DNA of 63,015 bases, filler included, from Dugesia japonica (GCA_001938525.1; 6 parts of 6 records of this genome joined end to end with filler, not necessarily neighbours in it); one strand, 5' to 3'. Counted from the whole stretch's first letter, positions 50,350 to 63,015 are shown. Made by a program: numbers and translations. Notes: a model not told the origin generated them from the sequence alone.

Positions 50350-52560
50350 GTTTTTAACCACGATGCGCAGCAAAAAAGAAGCATTATACAAGGAACTTAA
50401 AAGATTGTATGAACTGTTCAAAACTGGGACGCATAAGTCGAGAGTATCCAGACAGAAGGCCTTCTACATGCCACACATGTAGAAGTGGAATGTAATGCAA
50501 CAAGACAAAGGGTGGAAAAGGGAATAAGAAATGTCATAATACCAAAGTTTGTTTCACAAAGATGGAGTATAACAAAAATGGAACGGATTTCCTTTGGAAT
50601 ATAAAATAAGTGAATGAAATCAGCTCCCAGTTTAGGGTAGACCTGTTAACATCAATTCAGTTGAAGATGATGAGACGAGTAACAGGTAAATTATAAAATC
50701 TGAGTTGGCGAGATCGTTTGAAAGAATATACATTGATATAGCAGAATCATGGCCAAAGACGTTCCCAGAAAATGAATATATTGTAGGTATTATTGATAAA
50801 AATAGTAAACATATCATTGACAGAAACAGTAAAAGAAGATAAAGAATCAATAACTCGTGAACTAAGATATAACTGGATATTAAAGGTGTGGAGTAGAGAT
50901 ATATTCATGTAAATTGTGAAAAATTATTCGAATCTCAAAGAATGAAGAAATTGGTACATGATGTGAATATTAAACTAATTTTTACAAATCCTTATCGCTA
51001 AAAAACGAGTGGATAATTTTGAAAAGGCAATTTTGAACTATTGGGGCATCAATAGCAGACAAAAACGCAAAGAATTGTGCATGAATTCTACCAAATATTG
51101 AATTGGCGATGAATGCGACAGTACATAAAACAACAGATGGAATATTGTCTTCCATATCGTTTAAAAATCCGCAATTAATAAAGTGGTTTTCAGTTGTGCA
51201 ACTAAAGTTCCAGAAGGAAGACTACGTACCCAATAAGGTGAAAATTCACGTTTAGAGATATAATGCTTATTAAGGATGAAACTAGGAATCATGATAAGTC
51301 CATTTATAGTAATAAACAGATACATGACCGTATATAGGGCATGCAAATTTACCGGTAAACGGTAATTATTTTTAAAAAAAACCGGTTAACCGGTAAATAC
51401 CGGTTTTTTATTTTCAACAGTTAAAATTTAAAGCAATTATTTATGTGGATTTTTTACTAAAAACAAAATAATAATAATAAACAATTTAATGAACTCCAAT
51501 TTCTTTTATCATCTTAAATTGCTTATTAAAGTAAGCTCTTAAAAACAGATAGTATTTAATGTTTTATCATTGAGACTTGATCTAATTTTGGTGACGATTT
51601 GACCGACAGCAGAAAAACCTCTCTTGTCAACTTAAAATAATTGGTTATTAAACCAATTTTTTTATTAAATTGTGAAGTGGGAGATGTAAAATAAAATACT
51701 TTATCAGCAGCATCGTGTCGTTTTAATAAATTGGTATCATGTTGAGTTATAATATGTGAATGCAATCAAATTGTAGAGCCTCCACTGCATTTTAATTTTT
51801 ACATTTGGCCATATCTTTTCCTTGACGTAAAAAGTACTCCCATAGTTTTTTATTTTTATTCTCATTTTCCATGGCTAAAAAATTATATTTTGAATATACC
51901 TACATAGATAATGATTGTAAATTAAAAATTTGCTATAATTCGAGTTTTAAAAATGTAAATACTTATCTTTAAAAACTGTTATTTTTATTAAAACAAACAA
52001 TGGAATAAAATAGTTGGTGATAGTCAATAAATTTAATTAATAATCAATTTAATTCAAATGTTAAATCATATTGGAATTGAATTTTTGAAAAATTAGTATG
52101 ATTAAAAGAAGTGAATTGTATTTGCTAATTGAGATGATTTATTGCGTTTACATTTTACGTAGTTTGATTTGAAATGTTTGACATTTTTTGAATATATTGA
52201 GTATCACTNAATATTTTATTCCATCTTTTATTTAATAAGAATAACAGTTTTTAAAGATAAGTATTTACATTTTTAAAACTAGAATTGTAGCAAGTTTTTA
52301 ATTTACTTTAGAATGAAGTCAATATCATCGCAAAAAATGAAATTTACAACTTTTTAGGTAATAAAATGTGCAAATAAATTTACCGAATTACCGGTAAATA
52401 ATTTTATAATTTACCGGTAATTCGGTAAGAGATTTTTTAACCGTTTACCGGTTTTGCATGCCCTAACCGTATATTTCTTCTTCAAAATGATCTTGGTCGG
52501 ATAATACAAAAAAATGTTGAAAAGATCGAAAGATTTCTCAAAGAATAGAAATGTGAAAAT
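50350..52560 (+). pseudogene. Fragmented Gypsy relic (gag knuckle, integrase) split by the hAT element
   Basis: TCHTC, IYIDIA, FTNPY and ELAMNATVHKTT. Frame resumes after the hAT as IHDRIFLLQNDLGRIIQKNVE, followed by a purine tract and TG. Confidence 0.7.
51335..52465 (-). mobile_element. Non-autonomous hAT transposon with a BED zinc-finger remnant
   Basis: TIRs TAGGGCATGCAAA and TTTGCATGCCCTA; perfect 8-bp TSD ACCGTATA; subterminal ACCGGT repeats; minus-strand LWEYF..AKC..GGST..LHSHIITQH at 51873-51735. Confidence 0.95.
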
Positions 52561-53410
52561 AATATTTGAATTGTTTAATTTGAAACTTATATGCGTAATT
52601 AAAATATTGATAAAAGTTTTGAAATTTAAAATATTTTGAGAAAATAATTAAATGAATTATACGCATATTTTTTCGAATATTAAAACTTTTAAAAGTTAAT
52701 TTTTTCAATTCTGACAAACATTGTTCTAAAATAAATGATTGCTAATGAGAATAATAATAATAGAAGATAATAATAGTGTTCAGAATGGTTCTCAACAAAA
52801 TTTTGGAAAATAACTCAAATTATGACAGGTAATTGATGAAAATATTTATGAAAAATGATCGCATTACTAACTGCCAAATTGCGTTTCTTTAAATTCTTAC
52901 AAAATACAAGATATCCTTCCATTGTTGAGGGAAATATGTTTTGTAAATTCATGTTACAAAAAATAAACGCTAATATATGAATTTGTTTATTTCATTTTCA
53001 TTAATCCTTGTCTAATCTATTTGATAATCACTAAATCTTTCATCGTTCTTGAAGTAAGAATCTAAATTATATGATGACCATCGCTGATGCCGCTGAGAGA
53101 TCTGGATTTAGAAAACTTAGGGTAAATTATGCTAAAATCTACCATATGTCAAGTATTTCATAATATTTCCCATAATTTAAATAAATATTACCCTCTATTA
53201 AGTAGTGGATTTTAAACTGATTAATTAAGTTTATTAAATTAATGAATTTGAAATTTTCAATTAATATGATTAAACCAGCTCTCCGGAAAATAGTCTTATT
53301 ACTGACAAAANNNNNNNNNNNNNNNNNNNNNNNNNNNNNNNNNNNNNNNNNNNNTTAATTAATTAANNNNNNNNNNNNNNNNNNNNNNNNNNNNNNNNNN
53401 NNNNNNNNNN

Positions 53411-54982
53411 TGTTGGCATTGCTTTGCTTTCAGGCTTTAAAGCTTTTATGAAGTTCTGGAAAAGGCCTAACTTAATATGAGAGCGGGCAATAAGATATTC
53501 TGTACGTCAACAAGTGCTTTATGCTTGAAATTGCCTTGCCCAGGTGTGTGGATCACACAGCTTGGTCATTCATTAATTATATAGCGCTGATCACGTTCCC
53601 TATTATCCCATAAGCATAGAAAGCAGCAGTATTTGGTGTAACCACCATGTAATCTTGTCAAGATGCCAATCAACTTTATATCTCCGCCAGTATTTCATCG
53701 AAAGTTATCGTAATGTAACATATTCATAAGATATTTTATGATGTCATATTTTTCCACTGCCTCCCTGGAATACGCAATCGAAATAGCACAAAATTCGTTT
53801 TTCTTATGTAGGAGAACAGCCTTTACACTAGTTGTGCTGCCATCAATAAATAACCACCAATCCGTCATGACATTAGATATTATTTTACAATTGCAATTAT
53901 TGCGAGAATTATTGTTTGACGTAACCATTGATCGTTTTTTTTCAAAAAGTTAATTCTTGACGAAGACAAAGACGAAATATTGAATCAATCTAAAAAACAA
54001 TAAAAAAATTTTCATCGAAGCTTTTATTTTAAATGAATTAGATATTATGTTAAGCTTATTAAGCAAACCGGAAATATCACCACAGTACACAAATCCATAC
54101 AGTTCACTTTTTTGATAAAACTCAACATACCGCTTATCTCTTCCTTTATACCCGTAAAATCTGGTTTCAGAAACTCTTAAGCATTGATCCAGCTTTAATA
54201 ACATCTTTTTTTGATAACCCTAGTCAACGAACGAAGGCATCGAAGTGATGTTGCAGATTTGATTGCAATTATCATTTTTCCATTCATCATTGTTATCATC
54301 ATTCGTTAAAAAATCACTAGTTATGTCAGATATATCACTGTTTGGATAAAGAATCATTGTATCATCGTCCTTTTTATATGGTGTCGGCCTTATTGTTGAT
54401 AGAAAATCTGGATATTTAATATACTTCGTTGATCTCTTGTTAAAGCCCGACACCCTGGTTTGGCAAAAATAGCAATTGTCATAATGGTTGTTTTTGCTCA
54501 CTCTAAGCCATCGATGTACTAAACGGTAAGTTACTTATCTTACCTGTTAAAAACATGGGTAAGTATGAAGAACATTTTCTAAATACAATATGAGAAGCAA
54601 AGGAATTTTCCTGGTGGCCTAATTTCATTTTGAAATATGTTCGAAATCTATTCTTTATGACTAGTGTAATGCTCATCCTGTAATCTGTGAAAACATATTC
54701 TCCACAGATGTAACAGAAATGGTTTGGGTTATTGATGCGTCGCCGGTGTGCCATTTTATTTAAAATACCTCAAATATGCGATTATTTAAATAACTTTTAA
54801 ATGATATGATTTTTAATTAATATAAATTAATTTAAATTACCACAAATACCAAAAACCTTAAAACATGATTATCTCAAAAATCAGACGTGATGGACTATTA
54901 AAAGGATACATTTTTGTAATCAACGGGTCAAGATGCATAATTAAATGTTTATGTGAACTACAAAAGAATTTGAACCCCAGTC
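53411..54982 (-). mobile_element. Chapaev (CMC, Chapaev3-like) transposase relic, 5' part
   Basis: NNPNHFCYICGEY, DNCYFC, YPDFLSTIRP, WWLFIDGSTTSVKAVLLH, GYTKYCCFLCLWD and HIKLGL; terminus-like CCCCAGT(C) at 54975-54982. Confidence 0.85.
53884..54039 (-). mobile_element. Hairpin short interspersed element, copy 4, inserted in the Chapaev ORF
   Basis: TSD (TT)AGATATTAT at 53875-53883 and 54040-54048; one hairpin arm largely lost. Confidence 0.85.
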
Positions 54983-54989
54983 AAACTGA

Positions 54990-55530
54990 CCATATACCTT
55001 ATTCGACCTCATTGATCAATTTATCAAGCAAATTTATCTAAAACCACCTAAAAAATAGAGCTGATTCAACTTAATAAAGCAAATTGTCATCCAATTTTTT
55101 CTAAAAATTTCTCAAATTTAACATATCGAGAAATAATTTGACCAATATTACCTAAACTTAGTAAATAATTGACCAAAATCACCCAAAAGGAACTAAATTC
55201 AACCTCATTGAAAAATATTTTGACAAAACTGCCCAGTTTCCATACCCGAGGAAATAATTTACAGTCAAAAATTAACTTTATTCGACCTCATCAAGAACAT
55301 TATCACCCAACAATCACCTAGAACAGAGGGAAAATAGGACCAAATTACAAAAACCTATCCAAATTTTTCATTCATGAGAAAACTTTCAACCGAATCATCT
55401 AAAAATTACTCTAAGCCAGTTAAAATTAACCTTATTTGACCTCACCGAGGAAATCCCAGAAAAAACTACCTAAAACCATACAAAAATCGACATCATTCGA
55501 TTTCACCGAATAAATTCTCGACCAAAAAGT
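54990..55530. repeat. Degenerate satellite-like repeat with an ATTCGACCTCA core
   Basis: Core or variants near 55001, 55065, 55197, 55280, 55435 and 55495. Confidence 0.55.
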
Positions 55531-56435
55531 TTGAAAAATAATTTTGCTTAAAAAGCCTAAAATATTTCCAAACTAAAAAGGCCAAATTTGAAAATAATTC
55601 ACTCAACTTTTCAAAATACAATTAAAATTTGTGTAATTAAACAAAAATTTAGTTCGCCAGCAAAAATAGTCTGCAAAATACTTAATCCTTTAAAAAAAAA
55701 TTCACCTATTTAATTAATCCGATTATATGATTTGTGTGCAAAATATTTTCCCAACTAAAAACATAAGAAAAATACAAGGTCACTTAATCCTAGTTCTTAA
55801 TATTAGCTAATATTATGTCATTTTTAAATTCCCAACTAAAAGCATTAGAATTAGGTTTCATGACATCACTTATTCTGAGTGTATTGAATGTGTTCTGGCT
55901 ATGACCGCTACTATTCTTCTACTGATTATGAAACAATCCACGCCCCCTCCTACAAAGAGGTCTTCTTAGAATTCTATAAAAAGTAACTGAAAATTGCTCG
56001 GTATTCGTTTAATGAAATCATTGTTAAAGGATAAGAGTAAGGAGAATAATATAATTGTTCTTAATCTCCTGAAAACGTCTGTAGTTGGAACTCATGATGA
56101 TTTATATACATCCATGTTATTTAATCACTGTTTTGCTTTCACGAAATTTTCAATGAATCTGAGCTAATTAATAGTTTGAACTGTCTTGTTACTATACGTT
56201 TTTTATTATACTCAATATCCGGAAAAATAGTAACATCTACCTTCTTATAAATTTTTAGTTTTTTTAATCGGTCAGTATTTAATATAAATAAATCCTCAAT
56301 AAGATAATAATAAAACCAATTAAATATAATAATTATATAAAAAAATACGTACCTATAAAAGTTTCACCAAAGTCTTGTTCTGAAAATTTAACTACTTCAT
56401 ACCTATAATAATTATAAAATATTAATTTTAAACTT

Positions 56436-56835
56436 TAAAGGTGTCCATAAATGACGTTACCCATTAAAAAAATGGAGTAAATATCTTTGTACCGAGATAT
56501 GATGATTGGGAGGTAGAAAGGCTAAAAAAGATGTTACATCTAAGTTTTGTTTTCAACTTAAAAGCGGTATTATTAAATACGATTGAATATCACGATATTA
56601 TGGAATCCCAAATATATTAAATAGTATTTATTGGATGATTGAAATTATATTGCAACAATGTCACGTTTAACAATGAATTATGTCGTGTTTTAAACCTTCT
56701 TAACACTGCTGAAAATAAAATATAATAGAAATTTTTTGCCATTTTGCTGGGAGGTCAAACATTATGTGATGAATTGTAACAAAAAGAGTAAGGGGGTCGA
56801 AAATCTGCCACAATTTTCTGATGTGAATATATAAA
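56436..56835. mobile_element. Decayed PIF/Harbinger-like MITE
   Basis: TAA-AGGTGTCCATAAATGACGT start and GGGGGTCGAAAAT subterminal motif; right TIR very degenerate. Confidence 0.4.
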
Positions 56836-57560
56836 ATGAAAATAATGCAAAATTTCTTAATTGTTTATCTAAAAAATTTTAAAAATAAAACTTTAAATTT
56901 AAGAACACTAGTTTAATATAACTTACATAACAATTCTAACTATTGCTAAAATAGTCTATTATTGAATAGGAATAAATTAATTTTAGGTGAAAAGTATAAA
57001 ATAGCTTAATACAAAATTAATTTTCAAAATTTTTTATTAAAGTTGAAATTATTTTCAATTTTTTCTACTTTTAATTGAAAATAAAAGTAAAAAAATCCTG
57101 ATCGTTATTCTTAAAGTAATTTTTTTGATGCAATTTAATTTTCTATGATAAATTAAATCCATAAAAATATATAATTTTAATAAATTTTTTTTAAAAAATT
57201 ATTATTATTGTATGTAAATATTTTATGAATCATAAATTAAATTTATAATTTTCATGAAATACTACTTAAAGAATTAGAAATTCGAAAAGAATAAAATTAA
57301 ATTAAATGACATCTAATATATAAAATTACTATAATAAAAAAATGTTCTTTAGAAAAAACTCTTAGAAATTATTAAAATTGGTCATTTTGGANAAATAATT
57401 TAATAATTTTGTTTATTTAAACCTAATAAATGAAACAAAAATTCAAAGATTATTTGAATCTCAATAAATTAATTTTTTGGTAATTTATTCAACCCTAATT
57501 TGTAATATTGTTGCTTTTAGAAATTTAGATTTGAATTCATTTTATTTCACTTTATTTTAA

Positions 57561-58005
57561 ATGGAAATTAAACGTAAGAAAATAGTTATTATTGGAAATG
57601 GTACCTGTGGAAAAACATGTCTTCTTATGGTGTATGCAAAAAATGAGTTTCCTGAAGTTTATATACCAACTGTTTTTGATAATTACGTTACCAATGTTAA
57701 ATATAAAGGGAAAACATATCAAATATCTTTATGGGATACGGCTGGACAAGAAGACTATGATCGCTTAAGACCTCTATCGTACACAGATTCAGATGTTGTT
57801 ATAATTTGTTATTCAATTGAAAGTCAAGAAAGTCTCTTAAACGTTACAGAAAAATGGTTTCCTGAAATTAAACATTTCCGTCCAAATGTACCAATTATTC
57901 TTGTTGGTAATAAGACTGACTTACGTTGTAATAATGACGAATTAGAGAAAACTAATATAAATATAGTTAATATTCATGAGGCTCAAATGATTGCAAATTC
58001 GATCG
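57561..58005 (+). CDS. Rho: RhoA-like small GTPase, coding exon 1
   Basis: [34 protein letters not shown] and NKTD. Donor G|GTAAG at 58005/58006 (phase 1). Confidence 0.95.
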
Positions 58006-58509
58006 GTAAGATTTTTAATATCAATTTTGTATTAACTACTTATTATAAATATTGATTTACACATCCATAATTAGTAGCAAAAAATGTATTTTTAATGTAG
58101 TAGCAAGAAAAAAATTTATTAGCTAATAATTAATTTATTNNNNNNNNNNNNNNNNNNNNNNNNNNNNNNNNNNNNNNNNNNNNNNNNNNAATGAAAATTT
58201 ATTTATTGAATTATTGAGAATGGATTAATTGAAAGTTGATTAAGCTGTGATTAATTTTATTTCAAAATTTGATTAATTCAAATTAGTTTATTGAAAATCG
58301 ATTAAATAAAAATTGTTTCATTGAAAATTGATTCATTTGAAAATAATGCTAAAATTATGGACATATATATATATATATATACAATTCTATTTTTATACAA
58401 TTTTGATTTAACACGATCCAAACGATTAGAAATATATATTGACAAGAAAATTCGCAATATTATCTTTTTCAACTTAATTATTTCATTATAATAATAATTT
58501 TTATTTCAG

Positions 58510-58640
58510 GAGCTTTTGCACATTTGGAATGTTCAGCAAAATTAAATAAAGGAGTTCAAGATGTATTTTATGCAGCAATTGAAGCTACGACTAAGTTGAC
58601 AAAAAAGTCCAAAAAAAACCAAATTTGTAATATAAGTTAA
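58510..58640 (+). CDS. Rho: RhoA-like small GTPase, coding exon 2 (spliced protein 191 aa)
   Basis: Acceptor TTTCAG|G; in frame (G)AFAHLECSAKLNKGVQDVFYAAIEATTKLTKKSKKNQICNIS*, with G5 motif, polybasic tail and CAAX box. Confidence 0.95.
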
Positions 58641-59123
58641 ACAGAAAAAAACAACCTAAAAATATATTTTATAAATAAATTTAATCACCATTTAGTTTTC
58701 TATATGTTTTGTGAGATCATTGTCCGGTTAACTGTGTCATTAATGTTTTGTTCTCTTTCAGTCTAAGACATTATTTTTTAATGTAGATTAACTTTCATGG
58801 TTGTTTATAAACAACAGTAGATTTTACACCGCTGGTGTTAACTGCCTAATTGGAAATACTAATTATTGATTCTTAAACCGTTTCTTTATGGTTTATTTAT
58901 TCCTCATTGAATCCCTTACCTTGGTGAACATTCCAATGGTCATTCTCTTTTGTTTTCACTATTACTAAATCTTCTATGTAGAGCAGGGGTCTCAAATAAG
59001 TAGTCTGCTACCCGAATTGCTTCTCCGGGAGTATCAAAAAATTGATAAAAACGATAAATTTTTTCAAAAATAAATTATCTTCGTAAGATTTACAATATAA
59101 TAAGTAAAAAGACGATCCATTGA

Positions 59124-60520
59124 TATTAAGTATTTATTAAAGAATAATAATTTGTATTATTCAAACAAAATTATTGTTTAAATAATAACTATTTTTTAAC
59201 TTCCTTCTCCATTGAAATTGAAATTCTTTTAGCCATTCAACTCAACTTGACTTTGGTTTATCTGGAAAATTCAGTAATACTTGATGGGGACCTAAAAACT
59301 TAATAATTCGTATACGAACCTTCATACCTGTCTCCATGTTTATGAATATTATGAGGTTTCTTTTTAACATTTTCATCAATTGCAAATTATCTGTGACTTC
59401 TTGTATCTGATTTGTACTTTCTCATTACCTCCGCAAGTTGTTTCAGTTCTACTTTTGTTTCATTAATCACTGGTTCGTTATTAACTGGCTCATTTCTCGA
59501 CAACTCAGCACTTTTCGCTGTAGAACTTCAAAAAATCTCATAATTGCTCTTTGATAGACCGTATTAATTGAAAATTCAATCTTGGGAATGTATATATCCA
59601 AAAGTAAATCTATTCTTCACTATTTATTGAAGTGACTAAAATATATCTGATTGTTCTATTTATTCGCTCTGCTAGACCGTTGATTTGATGTTCGTAAGGT
59701 GATGTAAATTCTTGTGTAATTCCAAATCCTTCACAAAACTGGTTCATTTTGCTACTTCCAAAAACTATACCCCGATCAGATAAGATTGATTTTTGTTTTT
59801 AAATCAGTAAATCAGTAAGTAAACACCAAAAGTGAACCCCTCAAAACATTTCTATTGAACGTAATGATAAATATAATGCCGACCCTCAGACAATGGTTAT
59901 TTATAGCATCTGATATTGCTGTTTCANCTTGTTTACTAAGAAGTATTAATTGAATTAGTTTGTTAAATCTATCGATATTAGCAAGCAAGTACTTTTTATT
60001 AGCCTTATACTCAGAAAAATAGAACCTTTGTTTTAGCACATATTTCACATTTTTGAATTTAACTCGAATCTCAAAATTTCTGTACTTCTCGTCTGTTCTC
60101 TGTTTTATTAAAGACAACTTCTTTACTTTATCATTATTCGATTTTTTATTTGTAAAGGTTTCCATAAAAGGTTTTTCGACTTCTTCATTAGTAACAGAAT
60201 CATTTGATCAGTCAAATTCTTCCCACAACGATTTCACATCACTTTTTAGGTGCTTATCTAACGCGAAAGCAAATTCCATTAAATTTAATGTTGCAAAATC
60301 TTTCGTTGTGTGCATCCAATCTCCGGCATCTTAACTGAGACCATCGAAAAAACTTGATGTCGGAATCTTTTGCCTTTCTTCGCGTTTTGCTCTTGTTAGC
60401 GCATTAATTTCGTCGTGATTGTCAGTAAAAATTGTCATTAATATTAAGGATTTATTAAAGAATAATAATTTTTATTATTCAAACAAAATTGACTGTTTAA
60501 ATAATCACTATTTTCTAACT
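59124..60520 (-). mobile_element. Internally deleted Gypsy element with two short LTRs of about 78 bp
   Basis: Direct repeats at 59124-59201 and 60442-60520. PPT GGAGAAGGA at 59202-59210. gag-like FFDG..DAGDWM followed by integrase IDRFNK, ILSDRG and SPYEHQINGLAER. Confidence 0.85.
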
Positions 60521-60639
60521 TAATATAATATGTTTAATTAATAATACTAATAATGTTGTATACAGTAGTACATATGCAAATGTTACGAGCTGCTATTTTT
60601 AACTTTTGCAAAGTTTGAAGTGAAAAATAAATGAAATTG

Positions 60640-61200
60640 ACATAAAAATCAATTATGAAAGCAACGACTGTTTTCGAACAGCCGTTCATTTCTTATCTGC
60701 TTTGGCTATGTTTCATTCAGTAGATATTAATAATGCTTTTTTAATATTTGCTTTCTTGATAACATGCCCGAGCACGATATATGCATGAGTCTTATTTTGA
60801 ATACAATTATATTCGAGGCAGAAGGCGATCAGAACGTACTAAATATTATAGTTCAGCGCTATTTTCAATAGAAAGCTAAATTTATTGTGAAACAGCTTAT
60901 AAAATAATAACTAGAACAACGGACTTCGTAAAAAGTTGGCATTATGAATTACAGATACTTTTTCAATACCACCATTCTACATTATGGACTTCTATTAAAG
61001 GAATCATAAAGCCTATGTAAATGCAACGAACAGCATTTCTACAGGGTATATCTGGTCTATAACCAACTGTATCTAAAAGATACAAGTTAATGAAACAGCG
61101 AGTAAAGAATACAATTCATAGATATTTGTCAAGTAAAATTTTAGTTAATTTACGTAGCCTTACATTTTTGTTTGATGATGCGATTGATCTCTTTAAATAT
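60640..61200 (+). pseudogene. MULE/Mutator transposase C-terminal relic
   Basis: LSALAMF, YFEYNYIRGR, RTTDFVKSWH and HSTLWTSIKGI. Confidence 0.75.
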
Positions 61201-62294
61201 ATAATAATATAATTTCATTTTAAACTATGCATACCGGGGCACACGTTGCATTGACCCAGTCTATTTTAATGAAACAGAAAAGAATATATTTAATATATTC
61301 TAATATATATATATATATAAATTCTAATATATATATTCTAATATATTTAATTTATGAAACTCAATTTAAGGAAGTCTCCGGAAAAACTGAAGTAGAATCG
61401 TAAAATTGGAAATTTGAAAAAATAGCTCCGTAGTAAAAATTACATGCTCATAATCCCCGGGTACATAGTAATTGTAATATGCGAAAGGATTTTGGTTTTT
61501 TTAATAAAACGATTTCCAACTTTATGCAATCAAATCGGATTTTGTCTAGATATCGATGTAATCAATCCAACAATTTATCATAAGTAAGTATAGTTGATTT
61601 TATTCAAAATCTCTAAAAAGATGAGGATATGAAACAAAAAATCATAATCGAGTTCGAATAAAATTTTCAATTGCAGGCCAACATTTTTAATCTTCAGAAA
61701 AATCGAACAAAAATGAAATTATATTAACTTACATTTTGATATAATCAACTTTGAATATAATAATTAATTTAGAGTATAAAATCCTGTACTAGTTTTTTTA
61801 AATAGAGTTAAAAATAGATGGTGTTATTTATTTTTTATCAAACACTTGAAATCATTTTTTACACATATTTAATTAACAACTTTCCGCTTGCATTCAAGAT
61901 ATTTAGAAGATATTCAAAACTCATTTTTAACTTGCGCCGAAAAGAAGTTGATATATCTTTTTTACAGATATGCAGTGATTATCATATATATTCCAGGATT
62001 TTTATTTAAATCAAAACTTATAGAATGTTTATTAAATGAGGATTGGAGATTGATTCATGGAAAGATGTTAAGAAGAACAATTGAGTTGGAGAAAAGAAGA
62101 CGAAATGATATTACCATGAATTTAACATTAATGACATCAGTTATGTATGAAGTAAGCAATGAGTTTTGCTTTTATATGTGTATTAAGATAGCTATTTTCT
62201 TGTCTAATAATTCAATTTACAATAAAATTGCATCACAGAATAAATAACCTTTAAATCTTAGGAAATTATTTGGTATTTATAGGTTTGATTTTAA

Positions 62295-62480
62295 AAATAC
62301 TTTTTTAAATTTAAGCAACATTAATTTAAGTGAGGATGAACTCAATTTATTAAAATTTGGGCCAAAACATTAATGTTATGGAAACTTTATGAATTTTTTC
62401 TAAAAAAAAGAGGTAAACCCAAACAATTGAAGCTGATCCCAGAGTAGAGATATAAAATTCAGTATCGAACATGGGTAAAG
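62295..62480 (+). pseudogene. Penelope ORF N-terminal fragment
   Basis: FLNLSNINLSEDELNLLKFGPKH matches the conserved NLS...L...E..LL..G.kF Penelope motif. Confidence 0.6.
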
Positions 62481-62949
62481 CAAATTTCTACATATGCCAA
62501 GCGAGAAAAGATAATTACTAGATTGCTGTAGCTCCATAAATTCAACCAGTTCTTCCGCAGTTGCCATAAATAAAAGAACCTAGACTTCCAGTGAGTGATT
62601 TTAATGTAAAGGGTGTTTGAACTATAAATAATTTCTAGATTTCAATAAATATTGTAGAATACATCGATTAATTTTTATTTTATAATATCACATTAATATA
62701 AACTGGTTGAATTAATTTTATTGCAGTGAATAAGCACACAGTCCTCGTAATACCAGTAGCTTACTCGAAAACTTGCGGCTCTAAAGTTCAGAAACTTGAG
62801 AACAATGTAAAATAAATTAACGTGGTGGCCAAACATAAAATGTCTATATGACTAGTTTAAAATCAACTGCGACACATTTAGCATCTGAAGAACTTGCGGT
62901 TTAGGATGCAAAAGTCCACATACAGCGATTGAGTTCCTGGCTATCTATA

Positions 62950-63015
62950 TCAGGGCTTCTTAAACTTTTTTATATAGCGACCCCCTTCAAGCTTAGGAAA
63001 TTTTAAACGACCCCC
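62950..63015 (+). mobile_element. hAT MITE left end, cut by the window edge
   Basis: CAGGGCTTCTTAAACTTTTT...GCGACCCC, typical of Charlie-like termini. Confidence 0.55.

Noticed and set aside
58006-58055. ORF-track C-terminus of Rho ([15 protein letters not shown])
   Set aside because: Intron read-through; the real C-terminus is in exon 58510-58640.
61888-62247. 119-aa ORF as a host gene
   Set aside because: Non-ATG start, no motifs, and it lies just upstream of a Penelope N-terminal fragment; probably TE-derived or spurious.

Overview
Very AT-rich eukaryotic (animal) genomic DNA from a draft assembly. It has many N gaps and five artificial N44-TTAATTAATTAA-N44 linkers, so the window is at least six joined pieces. 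The (AAT)n microsatellites, multi-kb LTR relics and TE mix suggest a triclad flatworm-like genome, but that is inference only. Most of the window is a nested graveyard of decayed transposons: Gypsy, Penelope, mariner, maT/DD37D, piggyBac, hAT, Chapaev, MULE and Helitron. Two host-gene signals are supported. One is a complete two-exon, divergent RhoA-like GTPase gene (+, 57561-58640, ending CNIS). The other is a single 72-bp minus-strand exon of a cGMP-dependent protein kinase (44174-44245) that the ORF track misses. The most unusual items are: (i) a 155-185 bp non-tRNA element family with a long copy-specific hairpin, a fixed stem-loop end and variable-length TSDs, found inserted in other transposons; (ii) a 2.7-kb non-autonomous Polinton/Maverick-like element with AGTAG termini, long TIRs and a 6-bp TSD; (iii) a self-nesting TGTTGGG...CA solo-LTR-like family with covarying hairpins and exchangeable tandem arrays; (iv) Penelope-type minimal hammerhead ribozyme candidates. 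All calls come from manual reading; no searches were run.
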